Positions 26,994 to 40,494 are shown, counted from the stretch's first letter. The stretch: DNA of 64,000 nucleotides from Eledone cirrhosa (GCA_964016885.1 OZ024742.1:362328001-362392000), one strand, 5' to 3'. The notes: generated by a model from the letters alone, not told the origin. Numbers and translations are program-made.

Positions 26994-29457
26994 TCTTTGA
27001 GTCTCAGTCATTGATGTTAGTTAACTGGAAAGTTTGTTGAAATGAATATCAAGCCACTACCTGCAGCCTCAGATATTCAGGACGTATCGGAGGGTTCTTG
27101 CTGTTCCCAGCAAGCATGCCTTTTGAAGCGTTCCAAAAAGCGTGAAGGGGCCAATTTTCTTTAACCATCCCTGGAAACTTTTTGAGATAGTACCTAGTGC
27201 GCCTATGACAATGGGGACCACTTTGACTTCATGGCAGTTCCAAATCCTTTTTACCTCCCACTTTAAGTCCTGGTATCGGTTAATTTTCTCCCTCTCCTTC
27301 TCTTGCATTCTCGTGTCGAATGGGCAGGCCACATCCACAATCAGGCACGATCTTTTTTCTTTGTCCAAAACCACCAGGTCAGGTCTATTGTGTTCCAGTT
27401 TCTTGTCCATCTGTATCCTAAAATCCCACAGCACCTTCACCTGATCCTTTTCTATCACCGACTCTGGCTTATGCTCATACCACTTCTCAGAATGTGGTAA
27501 ATTGTTTACTTTGCATAGGGGCCAGTGGATCACCCTGCCCATCACATCATGTCTCCAGCCCTTATGGTGAGTCTGGGCTTGGTGTTTACACTCGGATACA
27601 ATGTGAGCCACAGTCTCCTCTCTCTCTCCACAGATCCTGCACAGTGGGCTAGCCTCTTCCTTGTAAATATGGTGTTTCAACCACTTCGTTTTGAGCGCCT
27701 GCTCTTGCGCAGCCATTAACATTCCTTCTGTAGCCTTTTTAAGGTCTCCTATTTTCAACTAGTTCCATGTCTGTGAATCTCTGAATTCAGTTTTCTCAAA
27801 GAAGGTACTATGAAGGGATTTTTCATGAAGGCTGCTCTTTCTTCTTGCTGTTATTTCCTCCTTGGACATCCCCTTGTCTATTGTCCTCTCCTTCAGTACA
27901 GTTCTGAGCATTGGCTCCTTACTATCAGTCAAGTATTTGTGTAGGTTTTTTTTCTCCATCTGAACACAGTCCTCTATGCTGATAAGACCTCTTCCACCTT
28001 CAGATCTCCTTAAGTAGAGTCTATCGACATCACTCCTCTTGTGGAACATGTAGATAGTCAATAGCTTCCTAGTCTTCCTATCCATTTCTTTTTGTTCAGC
28101 AACATTCCATCTCAGAATTCCCGCACTGTACCTAATAATAGACACAGCTCGGGAATTTACTGCACTTATGGCATTCCTACTGTTCAGATGTGACTTTAAT
28201 ACGCTCTTTACTCTCCGATTGTATTCCAGTTCTTATCAATTCCTTCATTTTTTTGTTCTTGATGTCATCAGCCTCCAGAACGCCCAAATACTTGTATCCT
28301 TCTTCAGAGTCAATTTCCTTTATCATCTCACCTGTTGGTACCTGGATTCCGTTACTTCTGCTCAACTTACCCCTCTTCATCACAATGACTCCACACTTAC
28401 TAATACAAAATTGCATACATATATCATTGCTGAAAATACGGACAGTGTCAACAAGCACATCTAACTCCTTCTCACTCTTCTCGAAGAGCTTAAGATCGTC
28501 CATGAAGAGGAGGTGATTGATGGTAAGCCCTCCCTTTCCCAACCTGTATCCTGCTCTCACTTTTCGCAGTACACTGGTCAGGGGCATCAGGGCAAGGACA
28601 AACAACGGAGGGGACAGACTATCTCCCTGGAAGATACCTCTCTTGATCTTCACGTTTCCCAAGGATTCTCCAGTTGATGTTAACTCTGTTTCCCAGGACT
28701 TCATACTTTTGCCCAACAACTGTCTGATGTTATCTGCCACCTTGAAGATCTCCAGGCTTTTGGTGATCCAAGAATGAGGCACCATTTCAAATGCCTTTTT
28801 GTAGTCTATCCATCCCATGGCAAGACCAGTGTGTCTCCTCCTGCAATTCCTCATTACCATCTTATCAATAAGTAACTGGTCCTTTGTACCACGTGACTTC
28901 TTTCGGCATTCTTTCTGTTCGTCCGGTAACAAGTTGTTTGTGTGGAGGTGATGGTAGATTTCCTCAGACACAATGCTCGTCAACAGTTTCCACATTACGG
29001 ACAGACATGTGATAGGTCTATAGTTGGTAACATCATTACCCTTGATTCGGTCTTTCATTATCAGAACTGTGGTACCTTTTGTCAACCACTCTGGTACCTC
29101 ACCTGACATCAAGCAGTCATTGAACATGGTTGTCAGTTTCGGGTGGGGTGATGTTATATTTTTAATCCAATACCCCTGCACACCATCTGGGCCTGGTGAT
29201 TTCCAGTTGGTTAGTTTTTTGGCCTGCCCCTTAAGAGTTTCAACTGTGATACTCAAATCAGTTTGTTGGTGTGCCTGTTCACTAATCTCCTTCTGTATTG
29301 TCTCAATCCACACTGCCTGGTCATTATGTTTAACATCCTGCTCCCATATTCCTCTGCAGAATGTTTTAGTTTGTTCCGCCTCAGGTATCAAGTCGTTGCC
29401 TCTTTTTTTTCCTTCAAGCTGTCCAAACAACATCTTCTAGTTGTTGTCGAACATGCG
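26994..29457 (-). mobile_element. 5'-truncated, decayed R4/Dong element (family A subfamily)
   Basis: ORF pieces 28177-29433, 27759-28145 and 27069-27758 highly similar to the 1130 aa protein. Same 3'UTR, (AAT)n tail. Confidence 0.92.
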
Positions 29458-29597
29458 AACATGCAGTTACGGCCCTTGCCATTCTGAGTTCAAATCCCGC
29501 CGAGGTTAACTTTGCCTTTCATCCTTACGGGGTCGATAAAATAAAGTACCAGTAATGCACTGGGTAATTGCTGGCCTTGTGCCAAAAGTAGAAACAA
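29458..29597 (+). mobile_element. Headless SINE copy whose (ATT)n tail is the target of the next LINE
   Basis: B-box through gtagaaac; A-box portion missing. Confidence 0.85.
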
Positions 29598-29613
29598 TTA
29601 TTATTATTATTAT

Positions 29614-30420
29614 TACAGTTGCATTTATCTTGCTTTATGTTCATACGAGTTATCACCAAGTCACAACCAGTGACCTCAAGAGACAACAAGGTCCGCCATG
29701 TTCAAGAAAGACCATACATACTCACACATGCATCTTTAGTGTTTAGACTTGTGATGTACTTATATTGACAGAATCTTCCTTAGTATATGGGCAGTTCCCA
29801 TTATTACTATCTTTTGTATTTCTCCTATACGCGGGTATCCTGGGATTTGCGATAAGTAATCATTAGACCCCTTAGGTATCATTCCCAGAGCGCCTACAAC
29901 CACTGGTATTGTTTTAGTTCTCAATTTCCACATTTTTCCAATTTCTATCTCCAGGTCCTCATACTTGCTCAATTTTTCAAATGTTTTTATAGATACATTC
30001 TTGTCTATTGGAACAGACATATCAATTAGCAGGCATACCCTCTTTTGAAAGTCCTTCAATATTATATCAGGTCTATTTGCATCTATTTTTCGGTCTGTTT
30101 GGATGCTAAAGTTCCACAAGATTGAGATGTGATCTTTTTCAAGTATGGGAGGTGGTTGATGCTGCCACCAATTCTTTTGATGGGGCAGGTCAAAATGCTT
30201 ACACATTATCCAATGTATGTATTGTGCAGCTCTGTCATGCCTGTTTAGGTATTCGGTTGGAGCTATAGGACTGCACATTGAAATTATATGGTCAATGGTC
30301 TCTGGTTGTTTTTTGCATACACGGCATAATGGGCTGCATCCATTTTTTATTATGTTGGCTTGGTAATTTTTTGTTGGCAGACACTGATCTTGTGCCGATA
30401 TAATCAGTTCTTCAGTCTCT
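29614..30420 (-). mobile_element. 5'-truncated family B R4/Dong fragment
   Basis: Nearly identical to 22041-22846; ORF 29760-30278; (ATT)n flanks. Confidence 0.92.
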
Positions 30421-30422
30421 TA

Positions 30423-30460
<38 letters not shown>

Positions 30461-30674
30461 GAATGCCATGGTTGACGGAGGCTCGGCTCTGTAAGGTATA
30501 GTAATTTTTAACCGTTAAAACAATTGTAAATTGTTTAAAACTTGAACCAAATTGTTGATAAAGACACCCTCCTCCTCGTGAGAGGGGTCTTTCTGTCCGT
30601 TATTTGGCCCTTCGGGGTTAAATAACCAGTTATTGGGGTTTTGTACCCAAAATTTCATTTTAAACAAAAAAAAC

Positions 30675-32770
30675 ATGGCTACCAAAAAGAAATTTCATAC
30701 GTCACTCCCACTCATTCCGTCTTCTTCTTCCTCAATCATCACTACAGCAGAGAGAAGATTGTCTCTCTCCCTCCCTTCTTTAAATGTGTCTCTCTCCCTC
30801 CCTTCTCTTTCGCAAGCGACGAAAGAAAAGAAAAGTCTCGTGCAAAGCGTGCAAGGTTTCTCCACGACGACGACGACAGCGACGAAAGAGGTGTGCGGGA
30901 AATACGAAAACCCAGTTCATTCGTCTGACGTCAGGAATAATAGCAGTAGCAGCCGTAATAACAACAGCAACAGTGACAATGAAAACAACAGTAGCAGCCG
31001 CAACAGCATCACCAGCAGCATAAACAACAACAGCATTAGCAGCAGCAACACCAACAACAACCACAGCAACAGCGGCGGAGGCAGTAGTCGTAGTACCTGC
31101 AGCAACAACAAAAGTACCAGCAGCTCTGACGACAACAACAACAGCAGAGAAAAACCAATCTCATTTGCAGGTATTGCGAAAAACTTGGAAACAATCCTCA
31201 TAACAAATGAGGAATTAGAGGAAGCGAAGAAGATGGTGACAAAGAACGGACACCGAGCAATCTGCAAGGCAGCGAAAAATTTTTCGAAACCCAAGAGCAC
31301 TGTACGGTCACGTACCGTAGAGTAAGTACAAAATCCCGTAGGGTGGAAAGAGCCACAGAGGCCCAAATACAAAAAGCCTTGGGGTCTGTGTGGCAGCGGA
31401 AAACGCACATCACCCGAGGCAAAAAATACGCCACCGTAGACGTACTTTTTGCCACACCCCAGGAGGCAAAGGCCCAATCAGTAGTGACCCTAAGGAGCGA
31501 GGAAATGGTGTTGGTGCCCTCCTACTGCGGGCAAAAAATTGTGAGGGTCAAACTGACCCACGTCCCCCCCGGAATGACCCCTTCTTGGCTGGCCGCGTCT
31601 GTCCTCGTCGGAATCGAGGACAAAACAACTGTACTGCAAGTACAGAAAAAAGTAAGAGAAGATTGGGTCGGCTCCTCCATTGAGATGCTAATCCAAACCA
31701 ACCAGGAGTGCATCGAAGCTATCCCGGATGTGATAGACTTCGATAACGGCACTCAACTGCCCATAAGTGTTGAGGGCAAACGCCCGAAATGCTTTCGCTG
31801 TGGATCGAAGACTCACCTCAGGGCCTTCTGCAACGAGAAGACCCTGAGAAAGGAGAAAACCCCCCTCCTTCCGAATCCGGCTCCACGGCTACCAGCAACA
31901 GGACAAGCGGCAACCAGGAACGATAGGTCCGTGGCACCCATACCCACTCCACGGAAATCAAAGACAGCAGCAGCAGTGGAAATATTAACAACAACAACAG
32001 CAATACCAAATGCAGCTGCAACAGAGACTCCAGTGCAAACATCACCAACAACAACAAGTGAAAGAGTGGAGCTGGTACCCCTCCCCGACCTTACAGAATC
32101 AGACATGGAGTGTGAGGTGGGAGAGGGATGGCAAAAGGTCGCAAGAAGGCACAAACGCAGAAGCAGCGCATCGTCGCCTTTGAAAAGGGAGGAAAGAAAT
32201 GAGAAAAGGGTAAAGTCTACTGCAAAGAGACCCACAGCAGCAACACCACCAACACCATCACCACCCACACCAGCACCACCATCACCACCGGCGACAACCC
32301 CACCGCCAACAACACCTTCAACACCACCACCACAAGCACCAACATCGCAAAGACAACAACAAAGCACACACACCCAGCAACAACGACAAGAAAATAGCAG
32401 AACCACACCCCACCCCCAGAAAAACAAATGCACGGCAATAAACACACACAACAAGAAACTAATGACTTACATAATTGAACACACAGACATTTCACAACAG
32501 GACTACATAATACCAGCACCAATCAAAACGCCAACTAACATAAGACTGCTAAAAATAGCACAGAAACAATACACAAACATTAAAACGAAATTCCCCAACG
32601 CAGTTGGTGATTTCAGGGACCTAGGAGGAACCATTAATCGAAGAGTATATTCAGACATTCTCTTAGAAGAGCCGACGACCAGCCGAAGGGACGATTCAAC
32701 GGTCCCTTCACCAGACGATCAAGTGAAAAGGGATGTAAAAACCATCCCTCCTCTACCAAAAGTACGGTAA
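30675..32770 (+). CDS. Tx1-like ORF1 (Ser/Asn-rich N-terminus, CCHC knuckle, Pro/Thr-rich region); one frameshift at ~31280
   Basis: ORFs 30633-31325 and 31343-32770 join by comparison with copy 1; KCFRCGSKTHLRAFC. Confidence 0.85.
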
Positions 32771-32805
32771 GTGGTCTTTCCCATCTTTTCCACTCTATTT
32801 TAAAC

Positions 32806-35800
32806 ATGACCTCACTCAGAATAGGCAGCATAAATGCGCGTGGCTTGGGGTCGTCATGGAAGCAGGGTCACCTGCTCAACGACCTCAGGTCACTAAACAT
32901 AGATGTAGTGGCCATCAGCGAGACCAGAATCTCCGAAGCACGGGCCTTCGCACCGATCTTCGGCGGCTACGATGTGTACGCATCTCCCAGCCGTCCTGGA
33001 TCGGGTGGAGGAGTTGCTGTGCTTTTTCGGAGAGGTTTGGATCTCGCCATACGGGCCATCTTCCTGGACCCAGAGGGTAAGCTGGTGGTGCTGGACGTGA
33101 CCAGCGGAGACGGGCAAGCTTTCAGGCTAGTGGCCGTCTATGCCCCGACAGGAGCAGGGCGGCCTGATTTCTTCCGGCGTCTGGAGACCTTTCTTGGAAC
33201 GTCCCGCTCTTTAGTGTTAGTGGGCGACTGGAACGGGATCTTAGATGCACGCTGGGACTGTGTGGGATTAGCGGATAGGGGTGGAGGGTGCAAGAGCCTC
33301 ACCAACCTGCTCAGGCGTTTTGAACTGTCTGACAGGTACCGATTGGATTTCCCGAATGTGCCAATGTGGACTTGGACAAACCGCATAGGGTCATCCAGAT
33401 CATATCTAGATAGAGTATTTTGTAGGGAAATAGATAGGTCTAGCATAGGCTGTCCACAATTCAAGATAGTCAGCTACACGGACCACAAATTCGTGACCTG
33501 TGTGCTTGACTTAGATAGGCTTCATAGACGAGGACCCGGCTACTGGAAGCTAAACGCGTCCTTACCAGCGCGCAAGGCCTACAGAGACCGGATTAGCGAA
33601 CTAGTTATGCGGGCGTTGACGGGGGCCATCGTCAACAACAAGTGGTGGTTTGCTCTGAAAAGAGCGATTAGAATAGAATCGATTAGGTTTAGTAAGGCTT
33701 TAGCAATAGAGAAAAATAGAGCAGAGGGAGAACTAGTTAGAAAATTAGACGAGGCGCTTAGCAAAGGCATTGCGACCGACGTGCTTGCGGCGAAATTGGC
33801 CCTTGACCAATTCTTCAATGCAAAGCACGAAGGCTGCGTTGTCAGAGCTAGGGTGCGTGCTCTCAGACACGAGGGGACGAAAGCCGTTCAATGGGCCCGA
33901 GTGGCGGAGGCGCGTCGTGGCAACAAAGCCACGATCCGGTCTTTGGTGGACCACGACGGGCGCATGCTACTCGATCCCGGGCAAATGTGTGAAGCTTTTC
34001 AGCGACACTTCGCTCAGCTGTTCGGGGGCAGCGGGGGGCCGGGTAGAGGGATGGACTTTAGTGTCTACCTCGACGGACTGCCGCGGCTCTCGGCCACTGA
34101 GGCGAAGTGTTGCGAAAAGCCGATAACAGCCGCTGAAGTACGGGAGGCAATGACTGGCTGCACAAGGGGTAAATCGCCTGGTTTGGATGGTCTGCCCTAT
34201 GAACTTTACGTACAGATGCCAGACTTGTTCGGAGGCCTCTTGGCGGACGTCTACTGCAACTGGCAACAGAACGGGAGAATTCCCAGTTCTGTGAGCCGAG
34301 GAGCGGTGGCACTGCTGAGAAAGGATCCGAACAAGGGGGATAACATAGACAATTTCCGGCCCATAACTCTGCTAAACACAGAGTTTAAGATTTTGGCCAA
34401 GGTGCTAACAAAGAGGTTGGCGCTTGTCGTTGGTGGTCTGGTGGGAGAGGCGCAGACATGCGCCATTCCCGACAGATCCATCCACGACAACCTCCACCTC
34501 ATGCGATACATCGTAGAGAGGGTAGCTAGGGAACCTGGCACGGGTGGGTCCTTGATCAATTTAGATCAGTCGAAAGCTTTCGATAGGGTCGACCATCGTT
34601 ACCTAGCGGCAGTCCTGAGGGCGGCTGGCTTTGGGCCCGTCTTCAGAGGCTGGATCGCTGCCATGCACAGCGACATCTGCTCTGTAGTGAGAGTGAACGG
34701 TCACCTGTCGGAACCGTTCAACATCATGCGCTCGGTCCGCCAAGGATGTCCCCTCTCGTCCCTATTTGTACGTATTGACTCTCGAGCCATTACTGCACAA
34801 ACTGGAGACGTTGAGGGGAGTCCCGCGCGAACTAGGATGCGGAAGATCCGTGTCAGCATATGCGGACGATGTCACCGTAGTGGTGTCGAGCGGCAAACAC
34901 ATCGAGGCGATCGGCACTACACTAAGAGAATACGAAGCGGTGACAGGAGCAATGATCAACCAGGAAAAGTCAGTGGGCCTGCAGCTCGGCACCTGGAGAG
35001 GCAGGTCCATGCCGTCCAACAGCGTCGTCGGGCGCTGGACGGACGGACCGGTTAAATTGCTAGGGGTCTGGTTCGGTCCGGACCTCCAGACGGACAAAAA
35101 CTGGGACGAGGTGACGAGCAGGGTGGCTTCTCTCACCCAGAAATGGGCGGAGAGGAAGCTATCCCTGAAAGGTCGAGCGGAGGTGGCTAGCGCGTACATC
35201 GCGTCTGTCATCTGCTACCGCCTAACCGTCGTACCTTGTCCTAAGCCTCGCCTGACTGCGCTGGAGCGTTTGCTCTTTCGCTTTTTGTGGAAGGGACGTG
35301 CTCCGATGGTCAGGCGGTCCATCTGTTGTCAACACCCGCTACGTGGAGGGCTGGGCATGCCGTGGCTGATGATGCGCAGGCACGCGCTCAGGCTACGACA
35401 TCTCCACCTCTTCCTCGACGGTGATCAGGTGTGGTCGCCGTTTGCTAGACGCGTTTTTCCCCAGCTCGTTTCCTTGACGGAGCTGCAGTCCTGGGTCAAG
35501 CGAAGACCGAGAGGGAGCGCCTGGAGACTGGAATGTCTTCAGGCGCTCACAGCCCTCGACCAATCGGGCAATGTGATCGGTGGAAACTCCACCTCGGCGT
35601 TCTATAGAGGATTAGTGGAGGGGAAGAGCGACGACGTACTTGGGGAAACTCTAGGCGTCGACGAAAATCAACTAGCCAATCTCTTCGGAAGAACTTTCGG
35701 GCCAGGGCCTATGGACAACTTCCAGAAATCTCTGGCCTGGCAGTGCTACCGAGGAGCCTTGCCAGTTCGGGATAAACTCTACAGGCATGGAGGTGCCGTC

Positions 35801-36226
35801 AGCCGGGCATGTCCGAGATGCGCGCAGGGCGACGAAACCGTCCTGCACGCACTCGTCCAGTGTCCGAAAATTGCTGACTTGTGGGTTTATGTCGAACACC
35901 TGCTGTCGCGTTTAGGACGGATCCAGCTATCATCTGAGTCTATCGTGAGGATTGCCCCGCCCTCCTCCTTTAGCCGGGAAGGGCAGGCAGTTTTTATCTG
36001 TCTGGTGGCCATGGCGAAAGAGATAGTATGGTGGACACGTTTGAAAGGGCTGAAGACGAGCACTTACCTCTTCGGTGATGCTCTGATTGACTTTTTCAAA
36101 TTTCATTTGAAAAGGAAAATCAGAGTAGAGAAGGAAGTGCTCTCTTCCCAGCATTTTGTTGAAAGATGGGTGAGAGAAGCAAGAATGGCCCGAGTGAATG
36201 GGCCGACTCTGAGTATATATCTGTAA
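32806..36226 (+). CDS. Tx1-like ORF2: APE endonuclease, RT and C-terminal CCHC; one frameshift at ~34765
   Basis: SINARG, GDWN, SYLDR, YTDH, GYWKLN, KSPGLDG, DQSKAFDRV, RQGCPLS, YADD, GGLG, CPRC..ETVLHALVQC. Confidence 0.9.
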
Positions 36227-36493
36227 ACTAAAGGTGGAAAACTGGGAGAGGGCACTTGCCTTGGTGGTCAGGGTCATTGTGGCTTTTTACTGGGCTTTCT
36301 CCACAAATGTCCCTCCGAAGTCTCCCCCCTATTGGGGAATTTTTTTCATTGTTATTTTCATTGTTATTTTTGTTACATCCTCTGTTTTTGTTTTTTTACA
36401 CGCAGAAATGCCCATTTGTACCGTCCTGCATTGTCCTGCACTGTCCTTAATGTCTACTTTATGTAAACCCTTGTGGTTAATAAAGAAATCAAA

Positions 36494-36556
<63 letters not shown>

Positions 36557-36559
<3 letters not shown>

Positions 36560-37015
36560 GTGTGATCAGACGTCTTTTTGCTCGCTATAGGTACATAAGT
36601 CGGAGACAGAGGACTGTTCCGGTATTGGAATGGAGTTGCTCATCCAAACAGACCAGGACTGCATCAGCGCTATTCCCGACGTAATAGGCCTCGGGAATGG
36701 CTCCCAACTTCCCATATCTGTTGAAGGAAGGCGCCCAAAGTGCTTCAACTGTGGATCGAAGTCTCACCTCAGGGCCTTCTGCCCACAGAAAATAACAATA
36801 GCTAAAGTGCCCCTCCTTCCAACGCCGGAAGCGCTGCCATCAGAAACAGAGCAGTCAGCGAAATAGTCGGGAGCTTCTACAGAGAGTAGGAAGACAACGT
36901 CCTTGGCACCCACACCAAAGTCACGGACAACAAAAACAGTGACGGTAACTGCAGCAACAGGAACAGTTGCACTAGCTGCACCTGAGCCAAGAACGATAGA
37001 CCAGGCCCCATCACC

Positions 37016-37047
<32 letters not shown>

Positions 37048-39880
37048 CAAAGACAAATGAGAGGGTAGAACTCATACCCTTCCCCGACCTCTCACAGTCG
37101 GACATGGTGTATGAGGCAGCAGGGGAGTGGAAAACGGCAAGAACCAAAAAACAAACGCAAAAACAGCAAAGCTTCGCCCACCAAAAGCGAGAGCAAAGAA
37201 AGAGGGGAAAAGGCTGCAAGGAGACTTGCATCGCCACCAACAACAACCACACCACCACTAGCTTCACCGCAAAAACCAATATCGCAAACACGACAAAGCA
37301 CAAACACCCAACAACAACAAGAAAACAGCAACAAATTCCTTCCCCCACAAAAAAAAATTACACAGCCATAAACATCGCAAAGAATTAATGGAATATATAA
37401 AGCAGCACACAGACATTACAGACATAAGTTACCACACCACACCAACACCAAGAACATTACCACAAAATATAAGCATCATCCCAATCAAATTGCGTTGGGG
37501 ATTTCAGGGGGTCACTCTCCAAAAGAATCTATACAGATATCATCTTGGAGAAACCCATGACCAGTCGAAGAGACGGTTCTACTGTCCCTCCCCCACACGA
37601 TCAAGGTAAGTGATCCTTTCTTACTTATCCCGTACCTCACCCAGATGGCCGTACTTAGAATAGGCAGCGTAAATGTACGTGACCTGGGATTATTTTGGAA
37701 GCAGGGTCACCTGTCAACGACCTCAGGTCACTAAACATAGATGTGGTGGCTATCAGCGAGACCAGAATCTCCGAAGCATGAGCCTTCCCACCGATCTTCG
37801 GCGTCTACAATGTACACACATCTCCCAGCCGTCCAGGAGTGTGTGTGTGTGTGGGGGTGTGTGCTTTTTCGTTGAGGCTGGATCTCGCCATACCGGCCAT
37901 CTTCCTGGAGACAGAAGGTAAGTCGGGGTGATGGACGTGACCGGCAGCGAAGGCAATGCTTTTAGGCTAGTAGCCGTCTACGTCCCAACAGGGACAGGAC
38001 AGCCAGATTTCTTCAGACATGCTTGCGGCGAGGTTGGCATCGACCAATTCTTCAATGCGAAGCACGAAGGTTGCGTTGTCGTTCCCTCTAAGACAAGAGG
38101 GGACGAAATCCGTTCAATAGGCCCGGGTGGTGGAGGTGCGACGTGGCACCAAGTCCACAATATTGTCGTTGCCTGATCAAAACGGGCGCATGTTGCCCGA
38201 ACCCGAGCAGATTTTTGCGGCTTTTCAATTATTCGGGAGCGGAGGCGGGCCGGAACAGGAGTATGGACTTCGGTGCATACCTCGACGGACTGCCGTGGCT
38301 CTGCATGACCGCACCGCAGTGCTGCGAAAGGCCGATAACAGTAGGTGTACTACGGGAAGCGATGTGTGACTGAACCAAGGGTAAATCACCAGTTTTGGAT
38401 TGTCTGCCCTACGAGGATTACGCATATATGCCAGACTTGTTCGGCGACCTCTTGGCAGATGTCTACTGCAACTGGCAGCAGCATGGGACCATTCCCAGTT
38501 TTGAGAGCCGGGGAGCGGTGGCGCTGCTGAGAAAAGACCCGAACAAGGGGGACGTTATAGACAACTTCAGGCCCATAACTCTGCTAAACGCAGAGTTTAA
38601 GATTTTGACCAAGGTGTTAACAAAGAAAGTGGCGCTTGTCGGTGATCTGGTGTGAGAGGCGTAAACAAGAACCATTCCGGACAGCTCCATCCATGACAAC
38701 CTCCATCTCATGCGACACATAGTAGAGATGGTGGTTAAGGAACATGGCACGGGTGGGGCCCTGATCAACTTGGATCAATCTAAAGCATTTGATATGGTCG
38801 ACCATCGGTACCTGGCTGCGGTCCTCCAGGCAGCCGACTTCGGGCCCGTTTTTAGGGGCTGGATCGCTGCGATGCACAGCGACATCTGCTCGATTGTGAG
38901 GGTGAATGGTCACCTGTCGCAGCCGTTCAGTATCATGCGCTCGGTCCACCAGGATTATCCCCTGTCGTCCCTCTTGTCCGTACTGACCCTCTAGCTGTTA
39001 CTGCACAAATTGGAGACGATGAGGGGTGTCCCACGCGAACTGGGATGCGGGAGATCCGTGTCAGCTTACGCCGACGGCATCACCGTGGTGGTGTCGAGCA
39101 CAAAACACGTCCAGACGGTCGGGACCGCTCTAAAGGAATACGAAGATTTGACAGGAGCCTATATAAACCATGAAAAATCGTGGAATTGCAACTAGGCACC
39201 TGGAGAGGCAAGTCCATGCCATCCGACAGCGTCGTGGGGCGCTAGGACGGAAAGATCGGTTAAATTGCTCGGGGTCTGGTTCAGTCCGGACCTCCAGATG
39301 GAGAAAAACTGGAACGAGGTCACGAGCAGGGAGGCCTCTCTCACCCAGAAATGGGCCGAGAGGAAGCTATCTGTGAAAGGTCGGGCGGAGGTGGCGAATG
39401 CGTACATCGCGTCCGTCATCTGCTACCGCCTGACCGTCGTACCTTGCTCTCTTCCCACTCTGACCAAAATAGAGTACCTTCTCTTCCGCTTTTTGTGGAA
39501 GGGACGTGCTCCCATGGTCAGACGATCTATATTGTTAGCACCCGTTGCGTGGTGGATGGGCATGCCGTGGCTGATGATGCGCACACATGCGCTGAGGCTG
39601 CGACATCTCCGGTGCTTCCTTGACGGTGAACAAGTGTGGTCGGCGTTTGTCAGACGCACGTTTGTCAGACGCGCTCGTCTCCTTGACGCTGCAGTCCTGG
39701 ATCAGGGAAAGACCGAGGGATAGCGATTGGAAGCTGGAATGTCTCAAGCGCTCACCGCCCTCTACCAACTGGGCACTGATATCGGTGGAACATCCACCTT
39801 GGCGTTCTATAGAGGGCTAATGGAGGGGAAGAGCGACGACGTTCTCGGGGAGACCCTGGGCGTCGAAGACGACCAGCTGT
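36557..39880 (+). mobile_element. Older, diverged Tx1-like copy 3, truncated at both ends with an internal deletion
   Basis: RRPKCFNCGSKSHLRAFC, MAVLRIGSVN, FRPITLLN, DQSKAFD; many stops; deletion near 38015. Confidence 0.88.
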
Positions 39881-39959
39881 TCGTATTTATTGTGACACTA
39901 TCTCTAGATAGCTTACTTTACCGGGCTAATTATTATCTGTCCCACCTTAGGGTGAATTA

Positions 39960-40350
39960 TCCCGGGTCAGACACCAACCTGATATATTTATTCCGCGTGA
40001 ATTGATATGGGAGTTCTTTTCTCCTGGATAGGTTGCCTATATAACAAATCATTGTACTTCAGATACTAGCTGTAGAATGAGTATCTGCGAAGATTAAAGA
40101 GCTCATTCTGCCCATAAGACACAGCTATGGCCCGCCGGATGCCAGACCAGTATTTCCTGGCCACGCGGTAATCTAGACAGGCTTCCACCCACGGCCGACG
40201 TACCCCGTCCACACAGAACATCTAAATGTACGACGCCAGTAACTTGCCTTTGTCAGTTCTAAACATCTCCACTAGCAGAAGGCCAGGAGTTTCGGTTGTC
40301 ATGTAAGACGCAAGCCGTTTGGGGTATTTTGGTAGACATTAAATTGTCAG
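39960..40350 (-). mobile_element. RTE-like LINE 5'UTR fragment
   Basis: Reverse complement aggcaacctatccaggagaaaagaactc resembles aaggcagaattctaggagaaggaaaactc at 51693. Carries the motif shared with 25932-25980. Confidence 0.5.
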
Positions 40351-40494
40351 GCCCATTCCAGCTGTGGCAAGGACAGTTTTAGGCGATATTAATATATTTT
40401 TTGAAAGATTGAAAACTCCATTCAATGCTTTGGAAAACAGCATCGAAACTCAATTTGTATACAAATATTATCATCAATATTATCATATCAATGT

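Larger units (their letters stand above)
30461..36495 (+). mobile_element. Full-length L1/Tx1-clade LINE, copy 2 (near intact)
   Basis: Same 5' start gaatgccatgg as copy 1. Ends aataaagaaatcaaatc. (ATT)n at both ends. Confidence 0.95.
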
